Positions 21,695 through 32,431 are shown, counted from the first letter of the stretch. The stretch is DNA of 51,682 bases from Comamonadaceae bacterium (GCA_013823655.1 PNMN01000001.1:1-51682), one strand, 5' to 3'. Translations and numbers: made by a program. Notes: generated by a model not told the origin, from the sequence alone.

Positions 21695-22216
21695 ATGACC
21701 ACCACCGCATCCCCGAACGTTGTTGCTCCCTTTTCATTGGGCGATTTTTTCAAGAGTTTCCTGCTGGTCGAACTCGTCAAAGGCATGGTGCTGACCGGGC
21801 GCTACACCTTCCGCCGCAAGGTGACGGTCCAGTTTCCCGAAGAGAAAACCCCGCTGTCGCCGCGCTTTCGTGGCCTGCACGCCCAGCGCCGCTATGAAAA
21901 CGGCGAAGAACGCTGCATCGCCTGCAAGCTGTGCGAAGCGGTGTGCCCGGCGGTGGCGATCACCATCGAAGCCGGTCAACGCGAAGATGGAACCCGCCGC
22001 ACCACCCGCTACGACATCGACCTGACCAAGTGCATCTTCTGCGGCTTTTGCGAAGAGGCCTGTCCGGTGGACGCCATCGTCGAGACCCACATCCTCGAAT
22101 ACCACGGCGAGAAGCGCGGCGACCTGTACTTCACCAAAGAGATGCTGCTGGCGGTGGGCGACCGCTACGAACCCGAGATCGCGGCAGCCAAGGCCGCAGA
22201 CGCGAAGTACCGCTGA
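21695..22216 (+). CDS. nuoI: NADH-quinone oxidoreductase subunit I
   Basis: [12 protein letters not shown] and [12 protein letters not shown]. Confidence 0.98.
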   Translation: MTTTASPNVVAPFSLGDFFKSFLLVELVKGMVLTGRYTFRRKVTVQFPEEKTPLSPRFRGLHAQRRYENGEERCIACKLCEAVCPAVAITIEAGQREDGTRRTTRYDIDLTKCIFCGFCEEACPVDAIVETHILEYHGEKRGDLYFTKEMLLAVGDRYEPEIAAAKAADAKYR

Positions 22217-22251
22217 AGCTGCCCCCTCATCGATCCGTCATACCAAGCACC

Positions 22252-22899
22252 ATGGATTACCAGACCGGCTTTTTCTACCTGTTCGCGAGCGTGCTGCTGT
22301 TTGCCGCCTTTCGCGTCGTCACCGCGCGCAACCCCGTGCATGCGGTGCTGTACCTGATGCTGGCGTTCTCGCAGGCCGCCGGTCTGTGGCTGCTGCTGCA
22401 GGCCGAATTCCTGGGCCTCACGCTGGTGCTGGTGTACCTGGGCGCGGTGATGGTGCTGTTCCTGTTTGTCGTGATGATGCTGGACATCAAGCTGGACGGT
22501 GAACGCTGGGGTTTCTGGCAGAACCTGCCCCTGGCGCTGGGTCTGGGTGGCCTCGTGGCGGCCCAGATCATCGCGGTGGTGTGGGCGGGTTTCCCGACGA
22601 TCTCCGCCAGCCCTGCGGTGGCCCCTGTGGCAGAGGGCATGTCCAACACCAAGGAGCTGGGCATTCTGTTGTACACCGCTTACCTGTACCCGATCGAGGT
22701 GGCGGCCGTGATCCTGCTGGTGGCCATGGTGGCCGCCATCGCCCTGACCCTGCGCCAGCGCAAGGACAGCAAGGCCATCAACCCGGGTGAGCAGGTCCGG
22801 GTGCGAGCGAGCGACCGTCTGGTGGTGCTGCCCATGGCCGCCACCCAACCATCCGCACCCACCACCGACGCGCCCGCTGCCAAGGAGGGCAAGGCATGA
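22252..22899 (+). CDS. nuoJ: NADH-quinone oxidoreductase subunit J
   Basis: [24 protein letters not shown]. Confidence 0.96.
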   Translation: MDYQTGFFYLFASVLLFAAFRVVTARNPVHAVLYLMLAFSQAAGLWLLLQAEFLGLTLVLVYLGAVMVLFLFVVMMLDIKLDGERWGFWQNLPLALGLGGLVAAQIIAVVWAGFPTISASPAVAPVAEGMSNTKELGILLYTAYLYPIEVAAVILLVAMVAAIALTLRQRKDSKAINPGEQVRVRASDRLVVLPMAATQPSAPTTDAPAAKEGKA

Positions 22900-23204
22900 G
22901 CATCACACTGGGCCATTTTCTTTCCCTGGGCGCGATTCTGTTCGCGCTGTCGGTGGTGGGCATCTTCCTCAACCGCAAGAACCTGATCGTGCTGCTCATG
23001 GCCATCGAGCTGATGCTGCTGGCCGTGAACATGAACTTCGTGGCGTTCTCCCATTTCCTGGGAGACATGCACGGTCAGGTTTTCGTGTTTTTCATCCTGA
23101 CCGTGGCGGCCGCCGAGTCGGCCATCGGCCTGGCCATCCTGGTGCTGCTGTTCCGCAACAAGGCATCGATCAGCGTCGAAGAACTCAACACCCTCAAGGG
23201 CTGA
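22896..23204 (+). CDS. nuoK: NADH-quinone oxidoreductase subunit K
   Basis: [21 protein letters not shown]. Confidence 0.98.
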   Translation: MSITLGHFLSLGAILFALSVVGIFLNRKNLIVLLMAIELMLLAVNMNFVAFSHFLGDMHGQVFVFFILTVAAAESAIGLAILVLLFRNKASISVEELNTLKG

Positions 23205-23230
23205 GCCCCATACCCGGTGAGGCAAAAAAC

Positions 23231-25294
23231 ATGAGTACCACTCTCTCTGCAAGCACGCTGCTGGCCATTCCACTTGCGCCTCTGGTGGGCGCGGCCATGG
23301 CCGGCATCCTCGGCACCACGTTCGGCGGCAACGTGATCGGTCGCCGTGCCTCGCACACCTTCACCATCCTGGGCGTGCTGATCGCCTTCATCCTCTCGGC
23401 CATGACGCTCAAAAGCGTTGCCATGGACGGGGCGCGCTTCAATCAAACCATCTACGAATGGATGGTGGTCGGTGGCCTGAAGATGGAGATCGGCTTCCTG
23501 GTCGATGGCCTGACCGCCATGATGATGGTGGTGGTCACCTTCGTCTCGCTGATGGTGCACATCTACACCATCGGCTACATGGAAGAGGACGACGGCTACA
23601 ACCGCTTCTTCGCCTACATCTCGCTCTTCACCTTCTCCATGCTGATGCTGGTGATGAGCAACAACCTGCTGCAGCTGTTCTTCGGCTGGGAAGCGGTGGG
23701 GCTGGTGTCCTACCTGCTGATCGGCTTCTGGTACAACAAACCGACGGCGATCTTCGCCAACATGAAGGCCTTTTTGGTCAACCGCGTGGGTGACTTCGGC
23801 TTCATCCTGGGCATTGGTCTGATCGTGGCCCATACCGGCACGATGAACTACAGCGAAATCTTTGCCAAGGCCAGCGAGCTGGGCATGATCGGCTTTGCCA
23901 ACCCCTTCGGCGGCGCCGACTGGATGCTGATCACCGTGATCTGCATCTGCCTGTTCATCGGCGCCATGGGCAAGTCGGCCCAGTTTCCGCTGCACGTGTG
24001 GCTGCCCGACTCCATGGAAGGCCCGACGCCGATTTCCGCGCTGATCCACGCCGCCACCATGGTCACGGCCGGCATCTTCATGGTCTCGCGCATGTCGCCG
24101 CTGTTTGAGTTGTCCGACATGGCGCTCAGCTTCATCATGATCATCGGTGCCATCACGGCGCTGTTCATGGGCTTTCTCGGCATCATCCAGAACGACATCA
24201 AACGCGTGGTCGCCTATTCCACGCTCTCGCAGCTGGGCTACATGACGGTGGCGCTCGGTGCCTCGGCCTACAGCGTGGCGGTGTTCCATCTGATGACGCA
24301 CGCTTTCTTCAAGGCGCTGCTGTTCCTCGCGGCCGGCTCGGTCATCATGGGCCTGCACCACAACCAGGACATCCGCTGGATGGGCGGCGTGCGCAAGTAC
24401 ATGCCGATCACCTGGATCACCTTCCTGCTCGGCACCCTGGCCCTCATTGGCACGCCATTTTTCTCGGGCTTCTATTCGAAGGACAGCATCATCGAAGCGG
24501 TGCGCTTCAGCAACCTCCCGGGCTCTGGTTTTGCCTACTTGGCGGTGCTGGCCGGCGTGTTCGTGACCGCTTTCTATTCGTTCCGCCTGTACTTCCTGGT
24601 GTTCCATGGCCAGGAGCGTTACGACCAGAACCCGGAGCATCATGAAGCAGGGCACCATGCTCATGACGAGCACCACGACGAGCATGGTCATGGGCATGGT
24701 CACGACGCGCACAAGCCGCACGAAACCCCCTGGGTGGTGACGGTGCCGCTGCTGCTGCTGGCGGTGCCTTCGGTGGTCATCGGCTACCTGACGATTCAGC
24801 CCATGTTGTTTGGCGATTTCCTGAAAGACGCCATCACCATCAACGCCGCCGTGCATCCGGCCATGACCCGGTTTGGCGAGATTTTCAAGGACCCGCTGGC
24901 GATGGTCCTGCACGCCTTCTTCACGCCACCCCTGTACCTGGCGGCCGCCGGTGCCGTGACGGCCTGGTACATGTACCTGATCAACCCGGCCGTGCCGACG
25001 GCCATTGGCCGTGCGCTCAAACCCATCGTCACCATCCTGGAAAACAAGTACTACCTGGACTGGTTCAATGAAAACGTATTGGCCCGTGGCGCGCGTGCGC
25101 TGGGCACGGGCCTGTGGAAGGGCGGCGACCAGGGTGTGATCGAAGCTGGCGTGGTCAACGCCAGCTGGAAGCTGGTGGGGCTGGTGTCGGGTGTGGTGCG
25201 TCGCGCCCAGACCGGTTACCTCTACCACTATGCGCTGATCATGATCGTGGGCGTGCTGCTGTTCATGACGTACTTCGTCTGGCTCGCCAAATAA
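23231..25294 (+). CDS. nuoL: NADH-quinone oxidoreductase subunit L
   Basis: GWEAVG, GKSAQFPLHVWLPDSMEGPTP, HAFFKALLFL. Confidence 0.97.
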   Translation: MSTTLSASTLLAIPLAPLVGAAMAGILGTTFGGNVIGRRASHTFTILGVLIAFILSAMTLKSVAMDGARFNQTIYEWMVVGGLKMEIGFLVDGLTAMMMVVVTFVSLMVHIYTIGYMEEDDGYNRFFAYISLFTFSMLMLVMSNNLLQLFFGWEAVGLVSYLLIGFWYNKPTAIFANMKAFLVNRVGDFGFILGIGLIVAHTGTMNYSEIFAKASELGMIGFANPFGGADWMLITVICICLFIGAMGKSAQFPLHVWLPDSMEGPTPISALIHAATMVTAGIFMVSRMSPLFELSDMALSFIMIIGAITALFMGFLGIIQNDIKRVVAYSTLSQLGYMTVALGASAYSVAVFHLMTHAFFKALLFLAAGSVIMGLHHNQDIRWMGGVRKYMPITWITFLLGTLALIGTPFFSGFYSKDSIIEAVRFSNLPGSGFAYLAVLAGVFVTAFYSFRLYFLVFHGQERYDQNPEHHEAGHHAHDEHHDEHGHGHGHDAHKPHETPWVVTVPLLLLAVPSVVIGYLTIQPMLFGDFLKDAITINAAVHPAMTRFGEIFKDPLAMVLHAFFTPPLYLAAAGAVTAWYMYLINPAVPTAIGRALKPIVTILENKYYLDWFNENVLARGARALGTGLWKGGDQGVIEAGVVNASWKLVGLVSGVVRRAQTGYLYHYALIMIVGVLLFMTYFVWLAK

Positions 25295-25307
25295 GGAGAA
25301 GAACAAG

Positions 25308-26783
25308 ATGGGTTTGCTGAGCCTTGCGATCTGGATGCCAATTGCCTTTGGCGTCGTGCTGCTGGCCCTGGGCCGCGACGAACACGCCACCGCCGTGCGC
25401 TGGATTGCGCTGTTGGGCGCGCTGGTCTCGCTGGCCGTCACCGTGCCGCTCTATGCCAGCTTCGAGTTGGGCACCGCAGCGATGCAGTTTGTGGAAAAGA
25501 GTCTTTGGATCGAGCGTTTCAATGTGCACTACCACATCGGTCTGGACGGGATTTCATTCTGGCTGGTGCCGCTGACCGCCTTCATCACCGTGGTGGTGGT
25601 GATCGCTGGCTGGGAGGTGATCACCGAGCGCGTGAACCAGTACATGGGTGCGTTCCTGATCCTGTCGGGTCTGATGATCGGCGTGTTCTCCGCCCTGGAC
25701 GCGATGCTGTTCTACGTGTTCTTCGAAGCCACCCTGATCCCGATGTACCTGATCATCGGCATCTGGGGTGGACCGAACAAAATCTACGCCGCGTTCAAGT
25801 TCTTCCTCTACACCTTGCTGGGTTCACTGCTCATGCTGGTGGCGCTGATCTACCTGTATACCCAGTCGGGTGGCAGTTTTGATCTGGCCACCTGGTACCA
25901 GCTGCCGCTGGGCAGCACCGCGCAGACGCTGCTGTTCTTCGCCTTCTTCGCCGCGTTTGCGGTGAAGGTGCCGATGTGGCCGGTGCATACCTGGCTGCCC
26001 GACGTGCACGTGGAGGCTCCCACCGGCGGCTCTGCCGTGCTGGCGGCCATCATGCTCAAGCTCGGCGCCTATGGTTTCCTCCGTTTTTCGCTGCCCATCC
26101 TGCCCGATGCCTCGCACCAATGGGCGTGGCTGATGATCACCTTGTCGCTGGTGGCCGTGGTGTACGTTGGCCTGGTCGCCATGGTGCAGCAGGACATGAA
26201 AAAACTGGTGGCCTACTCGTCGGTGGCGCACATGGGCTTCGTCACGCTGGGCTTCTTCGTCTTCAGCGACCTCGGCGTTTCAGGCGGTATCGTGCAGATG
26301 ATCGCGCACGGGTTTGTGTCGGCTGCGATGTTCCTGGCCATTGGCGTGCTGTACGACCGCGTGCACTCGCGCAACATCGCCGATTACGGTGGCGTGATCA
26401 ACACCATGCCCAAATTCTCCGCCTTCGCGCTGCTGTTCGTCATGGCCAACGCGGGCCTGCCCGGCACGGCCGGTTTTGTCGGCGAATGGATGGTGATCCT
26501 GGCGGCGGTGAAAGCCAATTTCTGGATCGGCGCAGCGGCTGCGAGCGCGCTGATCTTCGGTGCCGCCTATTCGCTGTGGATGTTCAAACGCGTCTACCTG
26601 GGGCCTGCGGGCAATCAGCACGTGAAGGCGCTGAGCGACATCAATGCCCGCGAATTCTTCGTCATGGCGGTGCTGGGCATTGCCGTGCTTTACATGGGTG
26701 TGTATCCCAAGCCGTTCACCGATGTGATGGATGCGTCCGTGGCCGAGTTGCTGCGCCACGTGGCCATCTCCAAGCTGAACTGA
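25308..26783 (+). CDS. nuoM: NADH-quinone oxidoreductase subunit M
   Basis: FYVFFE, KVPMWPVHTWLPDVHVEAP, AYSSVAHMG. Confidence 0.97.
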   Translation: MGLLSLAIWMPIAFGVVLLALGRDEHATAVRWIALLGALVSLAVTVPLYASFELGTAAMQFVEKSLWIERFNVHYHIGLDGISFWLVPLTAFITVVVVIAGWEVITERVNQYMGAFLILSGLMIGVFSALDAMLFYVFFEATLIPMYLIIGIWGGPNKIYAAFKFFLYTLLGSLLMLVALIYLYTQSGGSFDLATWYQLPLGSTAQTLLFFAFFAAFAVKVPMWPVHTWLPDVHVEAPTGGSAVLAAIMLKLGAYGFLRFSLPILPDASHQWAWLMITLSLVAVVYVGLVAMVQQDMKKLVAYSSVAHMGFVTLGFFVFSDLGVSGGIVQMIAHGFVSAAMFLAIGVLYDRVHSRNIADYGGVINTMPKFSAFALLFVMANAGLPGTAGFVGEWMVILAAVKANFWIGAAAASALIFGAAYSLWMFKRVYLGPAGNQHVKALSDINAREFFVMAVLGIAVLYMGVYPKPFTDVMDASVAELLRHVAISKLN

Positions 26784-26813
26784 GCAAAGCCCAAGAAACA
26801 AGAGAGCTTTCAC

Positions 26814-28310
26814 ATGATTGACAACCTCAGCTGGGTCGCGGCTTACCCGGAAATTCTGTTGCTGGTGATGGCCTGCGTGATCTTGCTGGTTGATCTGGCC
26901 GTCAAGACACCGCTGCGCGACGCCACCTACTTGCTGACCCTGCTCACGCTGGGCGGTGTGGCCTTGCTCACCGGCGTGTACGCCAGTACGGGCCAGGTGC
27001 TGGTGGGCTTTGGCGGCATGATCATCAGCGACCCGATGGGCAACTGGCTCAAGTGTTTCGCCTCGCTGGCCATGATGGCGACGCTGGTCTACGGTCGAAG
27101 TTATGCCGGGGCACGCGACATGCTGCGCGGTGGCGAAATGTTCACCCTGGCCCTGTTTTCGCTGCTCGGCATGTTCGTCATGATCTCGGGCCACAACTTC
27201 GTGGTGATCTACCTCGGTCTGGAACTGCTCTCGCTGTCCAGTTATGCGCTGGTGGCTCTGCGCCGTGACGACGGGAAGGCGGTCGAGGCCGCCATGAAGT
27301 ACTTTGTGCTGGGCTCCATGGCCAGCGGTTTCCTGCTCTATGGCATGTCCATGGTCTATGGCGCCACCGGATCGCTGGACCTGTCCGAGGTGGTGCGTGC
27401 CATTGCGGGCGGCGAACAGACGCTCGTGGGTTCACCCCATGTGCTCACGCTGGGGCTGGTGTTCATGATGGCTGGCCTGGCCTTCAAGCTGGGCGTGGTG
27501 CCCTTCCACATGTGGGTGCCAGACATCTACCACGGTGCACCGACCGCGATCACGCTGATGATCGGTGGTGCCCCCAAGCTGGCGGCCTTTGCCATCCTGA
27601 TTCGCCTGCTGGTGCAAGGCATGCTGCCCATGGTGGTGGACTGGCAGCAAATGCTGGCGGTGCTGGCCGTGGCCTCGCTGCTGGTGGGCAATCTGGCGGC
27701 CATCGCGCAGACCAACCTCAAGCGCATGCTGGCCTTCTCCACCATCGCCCAGATGGGTTTCATGCTGCTGGGTCTGCTGGCCGGGGTGGTGGACGGTGAC
27801 GGCGGCAACATGGCCAATGCCTATGGTTCGTCGATGTTCTACGTGGTGAGCTATGTGCTGACCACGCTCGGCGCCTTCGGTGTGATCATGCTGCTGTCGC
27901 GCAACGGCTTCGAGTCCGACAACATCAGCGACCTGGCCGGCCTGAACCAGCGCAGCCCGCTGTACGCCGGTGTCATGGCGATCTGCATGTTCTCGCTGGC
28001 CGGCGTGCCGCCGCTGGTGGGCTTCTACGCCAAGCTCTCGGTGCTGCAGGCGCTGCTGGCGTCTTCGCAGCCGGTCTACCTCGGGCTGGCGCTGTTTGCG
28101 GTGCTGATGTCGCTGATCGGTGCGTTCTACTACCTGCGCGTGGTCAAGGTCATGTACTTTGACCCACCGGCGCAGACCGCCCCGATCCAGGCCGGTGTCG
28201 ACGCGCGTTCGGTGCTCTCGCTCAATGGCGCCCTGGTGCTGGTGCTGGGTATTTTGCCGGGCGGCCTCATGACACTGTGTGCCCAGGCGATCACCGCGCT
28301 CACCATCTGA
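26814..28310 (+). CDS. nuoN: NADH-quinone oxidoreductase subunit N
   Basis: EAAMKYF, FKLGVVPFHMWVPD, KRMLAFS, YYLRVVK. Confidence 0.97.
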   Translation: MIDNLSWVAAYPEILLLVMACVILLVDLAVKTPLRDATYLLTLLTLGGVALLTGVYASTGQVLVGFGGMIISDPMGNWLKCFASLAMMATLVYGRSYAGARDMLRGGEMFTLALFSLLGMFVMISGHNFVVIYLGLELLSLSSYALVALRRDDGKAVEAAMKYFVLGSMASGFLLYGMSMVYGATGSLDLSEVVRAIAGGEQTLVGSPHVLTLGLVFMMAGLAFKLGVVPFHMWVPDIYHGAPTAITLMIGGAPKLAAFAILIRLLVQGMLPMVVDWQQMLAVLAVASLLVGNLAAIAQTNLKRMLAFSTIAQMGFMLLGLLAGVVDGDGGNMANAYGSSMFYVVSYVLTTLGAFGVIMLLSRNGFESDNISDLAGLNQRSPLYAGVMAICMFSLAGVPPLVGFYAKLSVLQALLASSQPVYLGLALFAVLMSLIGAFYYLRVVKVMYFDPPAQTAPIQAGVDARSVLSLNGALVLVLGILPGGLMTLCAQAITALTI

Positions 28311-28368
28311 TCAAGATTCATGGCCGCGCGGGTGAACCCTTTCGCGCGCGCCCGGTCACAACACCACC

Positions 28369-28671
28369 ATGTCCCATAACCTGTCTGTCTGGCTGGTGCT
28401 GGTTGCCGCCATCATCGGTGCCAACCTGCCCTTTTTCAACAACCGCTGGCTGGCGGTGATTCCGCGCAGCGGACGCAAAACCTTGTGGATGCACGCGCTC
28501 GAACTGGTGGTGTGTTACTTCCTGGTGGGGGCGCTGGGGCTGGCGCTGGAGCAGTCCGGCGGACAGATTTACCCGCAGGGCTGGGAGTTCTACGCCATCA
28601 CGGCGGCGCTCTTTCTGACGTTCGCGTTCCCAGGCTTTGTGTACCGCTACCTGCTCCAGCGTCGCCGGTGA
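28369..28671 (+). CDS. DUF2818-family membrane protein
   Basis: ANLPF, QGWEFYA, AFPGFVYRYL; usual position after nuoN in Betaproteobacteria (recalled). Confidence 0.85.
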   Translation: MSHNLSVWLVLVAAIIGANLPFFNNRWLAVIPRSGRKTLWMHALELVVCYFLVGALGLALEQSGGQIYPQGWEFYAITAALFLTFAFPGFVYRYLLQRRR

Positions 28672-28688
28672 ATGCCCAAACGGGCGGT

Positions 28689-28736
28689 GCGAAGGGCTGA
28701 GCAGGGCCTGTTTCCAGGCTTTGTTCCGGCCTTCGC
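28689..28736 (+). terminator. Long hairpin closing the nuo-DUF2818 transcript
   Basis: GCGAAGGGCTGAGCAGGGCCTG-TTTC-CAGGCTTTGTTCCGGCCTTCGC. G-U pairs fit the plus strand; there is no adjacent U-tract. Confidence 0.5.
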
Positions 28737-28816
28737 TGGCAGGAACCCCCTTTTAAGCTTGTGGCATCCGTGGGCCGCATCGTTCGGTCCGTTGCCATGC
28801 AGCAGAGGAGTGCGCC

Positions 28817-29161
28817 ATGAGCCCGGTTCCCAGCCAGCCGTTTCCGTCTTCTGAATTCAATCCCGCCGATGCCGCGCCAGTGCTGGCCCAGGGTGATGAA
28901 CGCTGGGCACGGCGTGCGCCGCAATGGCGCGAGCGCGAATTGGCGCTGGCCTGGCCGAGCGAGCTGCTGGAGAGCTTCAGCCTGCGCATGGCCAGCCACG
29001 GCATGTGCGTCAGCCGCGCGCTGATGCTGTGCGACCGCCGCTACGCCCTGCAGCAACTGGCCCATGCACACAACATGGCCGACGACACGCTGCGCCGGAT
29101 GGCGGTGCAGCTGTTTCGCCACTTCGAAGCCCGGCAGCCCGACGGTTCCCCGCTGCACTGA
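28817..29161 (+). CDS. Hypothetical protein (114 aa)
   Basis: AGAGGAG RBS 7 nt before the ATG; GC3-rich codons; fills the gap between DUF2818 and the chemoreceptor. Confidence 0.7.
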   Translation: MSPVPSQPFPSSEFNPADAAPVLAQGDERWARRAPQWRERELALAWPSELLESFSLRMASHGMCVSRALMLCDRRYALQQLAHAHNMADDTLRRMAVQLFRHFEARQPDGSPLH

Positions 29162-29207
29162 GCCGCGCCAGCTTGTCCGTTTGGGGATCGCGGCCAGCCT
29201 GCGCGCC

Positions 29208-29235
29208 TCAAGCCGGGCGACCCAACGTCCGATAA
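29208..29235 (+). promoter_or_regulatory. Sigma28 (FliA)-type promoter
   Basis: TCAAG-N15-TCCGATAA upstream of a chemoreceptor gene. Confidence 0.7.
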
Positions 29236-29365
29236 GGGATCATTCCATTTCTAAACCATCCGTGTCGTTGTTGCTTCGCCTTGCCGTGCTGTAGCACTGT
29301 CTGCGGCTTCGCGCCTAGACACCAATGATTTGGAAATGGAATCAGCCACCCCACCGAGGAGACCC

Positions 29366-31687
29366 GTGAGCACGTTTTCCATCCAACCCCTGTCGCCCGG
29401 CGTCTGGCTGATGCGCCGCCTGCGGCTGCCCACCAAGCTGGGCTTGCTGGCCGCTGTGCTGCTGGTGCCGCTGGCCGTGCTGTGTGTGCTGCTGGTGCAG
29501 CGCCTGGAGGGCGATATCCAGTTCGCCCGAGGTGAAACCGAAGGCACGCGCACCCTTGCCGAGCTGACCCGGGTGGTGACGGCGGTGCAGACGCACCGGG
29601 GACAAACCCACATGCTGTTGGCGGGCGCGCCAGGCGTGCGAACCGCGCTGGACACCACGCGCGCTGAGCTGCAGCAGGCCGTGACGCAGACGGACGCCGT
29701 GATCGCCGCTCACCCTGCGCTGGGCCTGTCCGGCGACTGGAGCGAGCTCAAGCGCGCGCTCGACAGCCTGCCTGCGACCGAGACCGATACGCCCGAGCAG
29801 TCGTTTGCCCGCCACACCGCGCTGGTGGCTGAGCTGCGCCGTTTTGTCTACACCGTGGGAGACCGATCCGGTCTGCTGTTCGATCCCGAGCCGGCCACCT
29901 ATTTCCTGATGGACATGGTCGTCTCGCGCACCCTGGTCTGGGGTGAGGGCATTGGCCGCATCCGCGGTCAGGGCGCAGGGCAACTGAGTCTGGCCACCCC
30001 GTTGCCCGATGCGGTGGGCAGCTTGCGCGTGCAACTGGACGCGCTGCACAACGACACCCAGGACCTGCGTTTCGCCATGGGGTTTTCCGCTCGCCATGGC
30101 CAGGCCGATCTGGCGGGCGAGTCGGCACTGCTGGCCACGGACGCTTTCATACGGCTCGCGCGCCAGGCGCTGGACACACCGGGCACGGTCAATCGGGACG
30201 CCTACTTCGCCGCCGGCTCACAGGCGATGGCAGCGGTCAACACCTACCAGGCCAGCGTTCTGACCCGACTCAATGGCCTGATCGAGCAACGGATCGCCTC
30301 GCTGCAACGCCTGCGCGCGGTGGTTGTGGGTGCCACGCTGCTGGGCATCGGCTTGCTGGCCTACCTGCTGCTGTCGTTCTACCGGAGCTTCGTGGTGGAC
30401 TTGCGCCACATCGTCAACGTGATGGGTCAGACCGCCTCGGGCAACCTGCGGGCGCATGCCAACATTCGCGGCAAGGACGAACTGGGCGAGCTCGCGACGC
30501 TGCTGGAGCGCATGATCGGCAACCTCTCGGCCATGGTGGCCGAGGTGCGCAGCAATTCCGCGCTGGTGGCCCACGCCGGCAAGAGCCTGGCCATGGGCAG
30601 CCGCGAGCTGGCCGACCGCACCGAACAGCAGGCCGCCAACCTGGAGCAGACGGCGGCCAGCGTGCAGCAGCTCTCGGGCACCGTGCACCAGAACGCCGAG
30701 ACCGCGGGCGACTCCAACACGCAGGCGGCGCAGGTGCGCGATGTGGCCGAGTCGGGCGCGCAATCCATGGTGCAGGCGGTGAACTCGGTCGAGGGCATCC
30801 AGAAAAGCGCGCAGCAGATGCACGAAATCATCGGCGTGATCGACGGCATCGCGTTCCAGACCAACATCCTGGCGCTCAATGCCGCGGTGGAGGCGGCGCG
30901 GGCGGGCGAACAGGGCCGCGGTTTTGCGGTGGTGGCGAATGAGGTGCGCACCTTGGCGCAGCGCTCGGCGGCTTCGTCGCGTGAAATCCGCCAGCTGATT
31001 GAAGCCTCGGGCACCCAGGTGGCGTCCAGCGTGTCGCAGATCCGCGCAGCGGGCAGCAACATGACGCAGATCGTCAACGGCGTGCGCGGCGTGGCAGCGA
31101 ACATGGCGCTGATTTCGGCGGCCAGCGCCGAGCAGAGCGCCGGCCTGACCGAAATATCGTCCGCTGTGGGCCAGCTCGACGAGATCACCCAGCGCAACGC
31201 GCAGATGGTGGAGGATGCGGTGAACCAGTCCAACCTGCTGGAGGCGCGGGCGGCGCATTTGTCCAGCGCCGTGTCGTCCTTCATGCTGCAGCAGGGCACG
31301 GCCGATGAGGCGATGGCGCTGGTGGAGCGTGCGCTGGCGCACCGGGGCCAGCGCGGGCGCGACGCCTTTGTGCGCGATCTGACCGAGCCGACCCTGGGCT
31401 TTCACGACCGCGACATGTACGTGTTCGCGCTCGACCGGCAGGGTGGCTACCGCGCGTTTGGTGGCAAACCCGAGAAGGTGGGCAGCCGTGTGCAGGACAT
31501 CGCCGGAGTCAATGGCCAGGCGCTGCTGGAAGCCATCGTGGCGCAGGCCGAAAGCGAGCCGGGCTGGGTCGAGTACGACATCACCAACCCGGCCAGCGGC
31601 CGCATCCAGACCAAGATGTCCTACGTGGTCAAGGTGGACGATCTCTACGTCGGCTGCGGCGTCTACAAGACCGCCGTGGTGGCTTGA
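29366..31687 (+). CDS. Methyl-accepting chemotaxis protein: TM1-NIT-like sensor-TM2-HAMP-signalling domain-C-terminal Cache
   Basis: Hairpin tip [33 protein letters not shown]; [13 protein letters not shown]; tail [30 protein letters not shown] start after GAGGAG; alternative starts at 29330 and 29336. Confidence 0.92.
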   Translation: MSTFSIQPLSPGVWLMRRLRLPTKLGLLAAVLLVPLAVLCVLLVQRLEGDIQFARGETEGTRTLAELTRVVTAVQTHRGQTHMLLAGAPGVRTALDTTRAELQQAVTQTDAVIAAHPALGLSGDWSELKRALDSLPATETDTPEQSFARHTALVAELRRFVYTVGDRSGLLFDPEPATYFLMDMVVSRTLVWGEGIGRIRGQGAGQLSLATPLPDAVGSLRVQLDALHNDTQDLRFAMGFSARHGQADLAGESALLATDAFIRLARQALDTPGTVNRDAYFAAGSQAMAAVNTYQASVLTRLNGLIEQRIASLQRLRAVVVGATLLGIGLLAYLLLSFYRSFVVDLRHIVNVMGQTASGNLRAHANIRGKDELGELATLLERMIGNLSAMVAEVRSNSALVAHAGKSLAMGSRELADRTEQQAANLEQTAASVQQLSGTVHQNAETAGDSNTQAAQVRDVAESGAQSMVQAVNSVEGIQKSAQQMHEIIGVIDGIAFQTNILALNAAVEAARAGEQGRGFAVVANEVRTLAQRSAASSREIRQLIEASGTQVASSVSQIRAAGSNMTQIVNGVRGVAANMALISAASAEQSAGLTEISSAVGQLDEITQRNAQMVEDAVNQSNLLEARAAHLSSAVSSFMLQQGTADEAMALVERALAHRGQRGRDAFVRDLTEPTLGFHDRDMYVFALDRQGGYRAFGGKPEKVGSRVQDIAGVNGQALLEAIVAQAESEPGWVEYDITNPASGRIQTKMSYVVKVDDLYVGCGVYKTAVVA

Positions 31688-31712
31688 CGCAGGCGCGGCA
31701 CGCGGTTCCGGT

Positions 31713-32372
31713 TCAGGGCTGCTCGCTCCGCCTGGCGCGCGCCCGTTCCAGCGCCGCTTCGATCACGGCGCGTTTTTTCTCCAGCGTCAGCGGGTCGGTG
31801 TGCAGGGAGTGCGCCTCCAGGTCGGCGAATTTCATGCGGGCCTTGGCTTCCAGTGCGCGCTCGTGTTCGATCTGCTCGCGCGCCAGGCGCGCGGTGCGCT
31901 GCTGGTAGCGTTCGCGGCCCTGTGCCGCCTGGGCCGTGCTCCAGGCCTGCCAGCCGGTGCGTTCGCCGCTCACCAGCTCCAGCGAAATGCAGTCCACCGG
32001 ACAAACCGGAATGCACCGCTCGCAGCCGGTGCAATACGGCTCGATCACGGTGTGCATGAGCTTGTTGCTGCCGACGATGGCATCGGTCGGGCAGGCCTTG
32101 ATGCACAGTGTGCAGCCGATGCACCAGGTTTCGTCGATCACCGCCAGCGTCAGCGGGCCTTCGATGCCGTTGGCCGGGTTGAGCGGAGCGACCGGATGCC
32201 CGGTCACGGCGGCCAGCCGCGCCACGCCTTCGGCACCCCCGGGCGGGCACTGGTTGATGGCCGCCTCGCCGACGGCAATCGCCTGGGCATAGGCTGCGCA
32301 GTCGGGGTAGCCGCAGCGCGTGCACTGCGTCTGCGGCAAGACGGCGTCGATGCGCCGGGCGAGTTCGTTCAT
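31713..32372 (-). CDS. rsxB: RnfB/RsxB-like Fe-S protein (soluble, stand-alone)
   Basis: [46 protein letters not shown]. Confidence 0.88.
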   Translation of the reverse strand: MNELARRIDAVLPQTQCTRCGYPDCAAYAQAIAVGEAAINQCPPGGAEGVARLAAVTGHPVAPLNPANGIEGPLTLAVIDETWCIGCTLCIKACPTDAIVGSNKLMHTVIEPYCTGCERCIPVCPVDCISLELVSGERTGWQAWSTAQAAQGRERYQQRTARLAREQIEHERALEAKARMKFADLEAHSLHTDPLTLEKKRAVIEAALERARARRSEQP

Positions 32373-32431
32373 GGCTGACCATGCACCGGGGAGCAGGTCT
32401 TTCTCCGGGCTGCTCCTGATCGACAGGCCAT

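Noticed and set aside
8993-27194. Long antisense or alternative-frame ORFs over pnp and the nuo genes (e.g. 8993-11236, 18438-20594, 23075-25441)
   Set aside because: Shadow ORFs expected from high-GC codon bias opposite conserved genes; they carry no recognisable motifs.
28752-28782. Sigma28 or sigma54 promoter for the 114-aa gene
   Set aside because: TTAAG...GCCGCATC has poor spacing and match, and TGGCA is not followed by GC at the -12 position.
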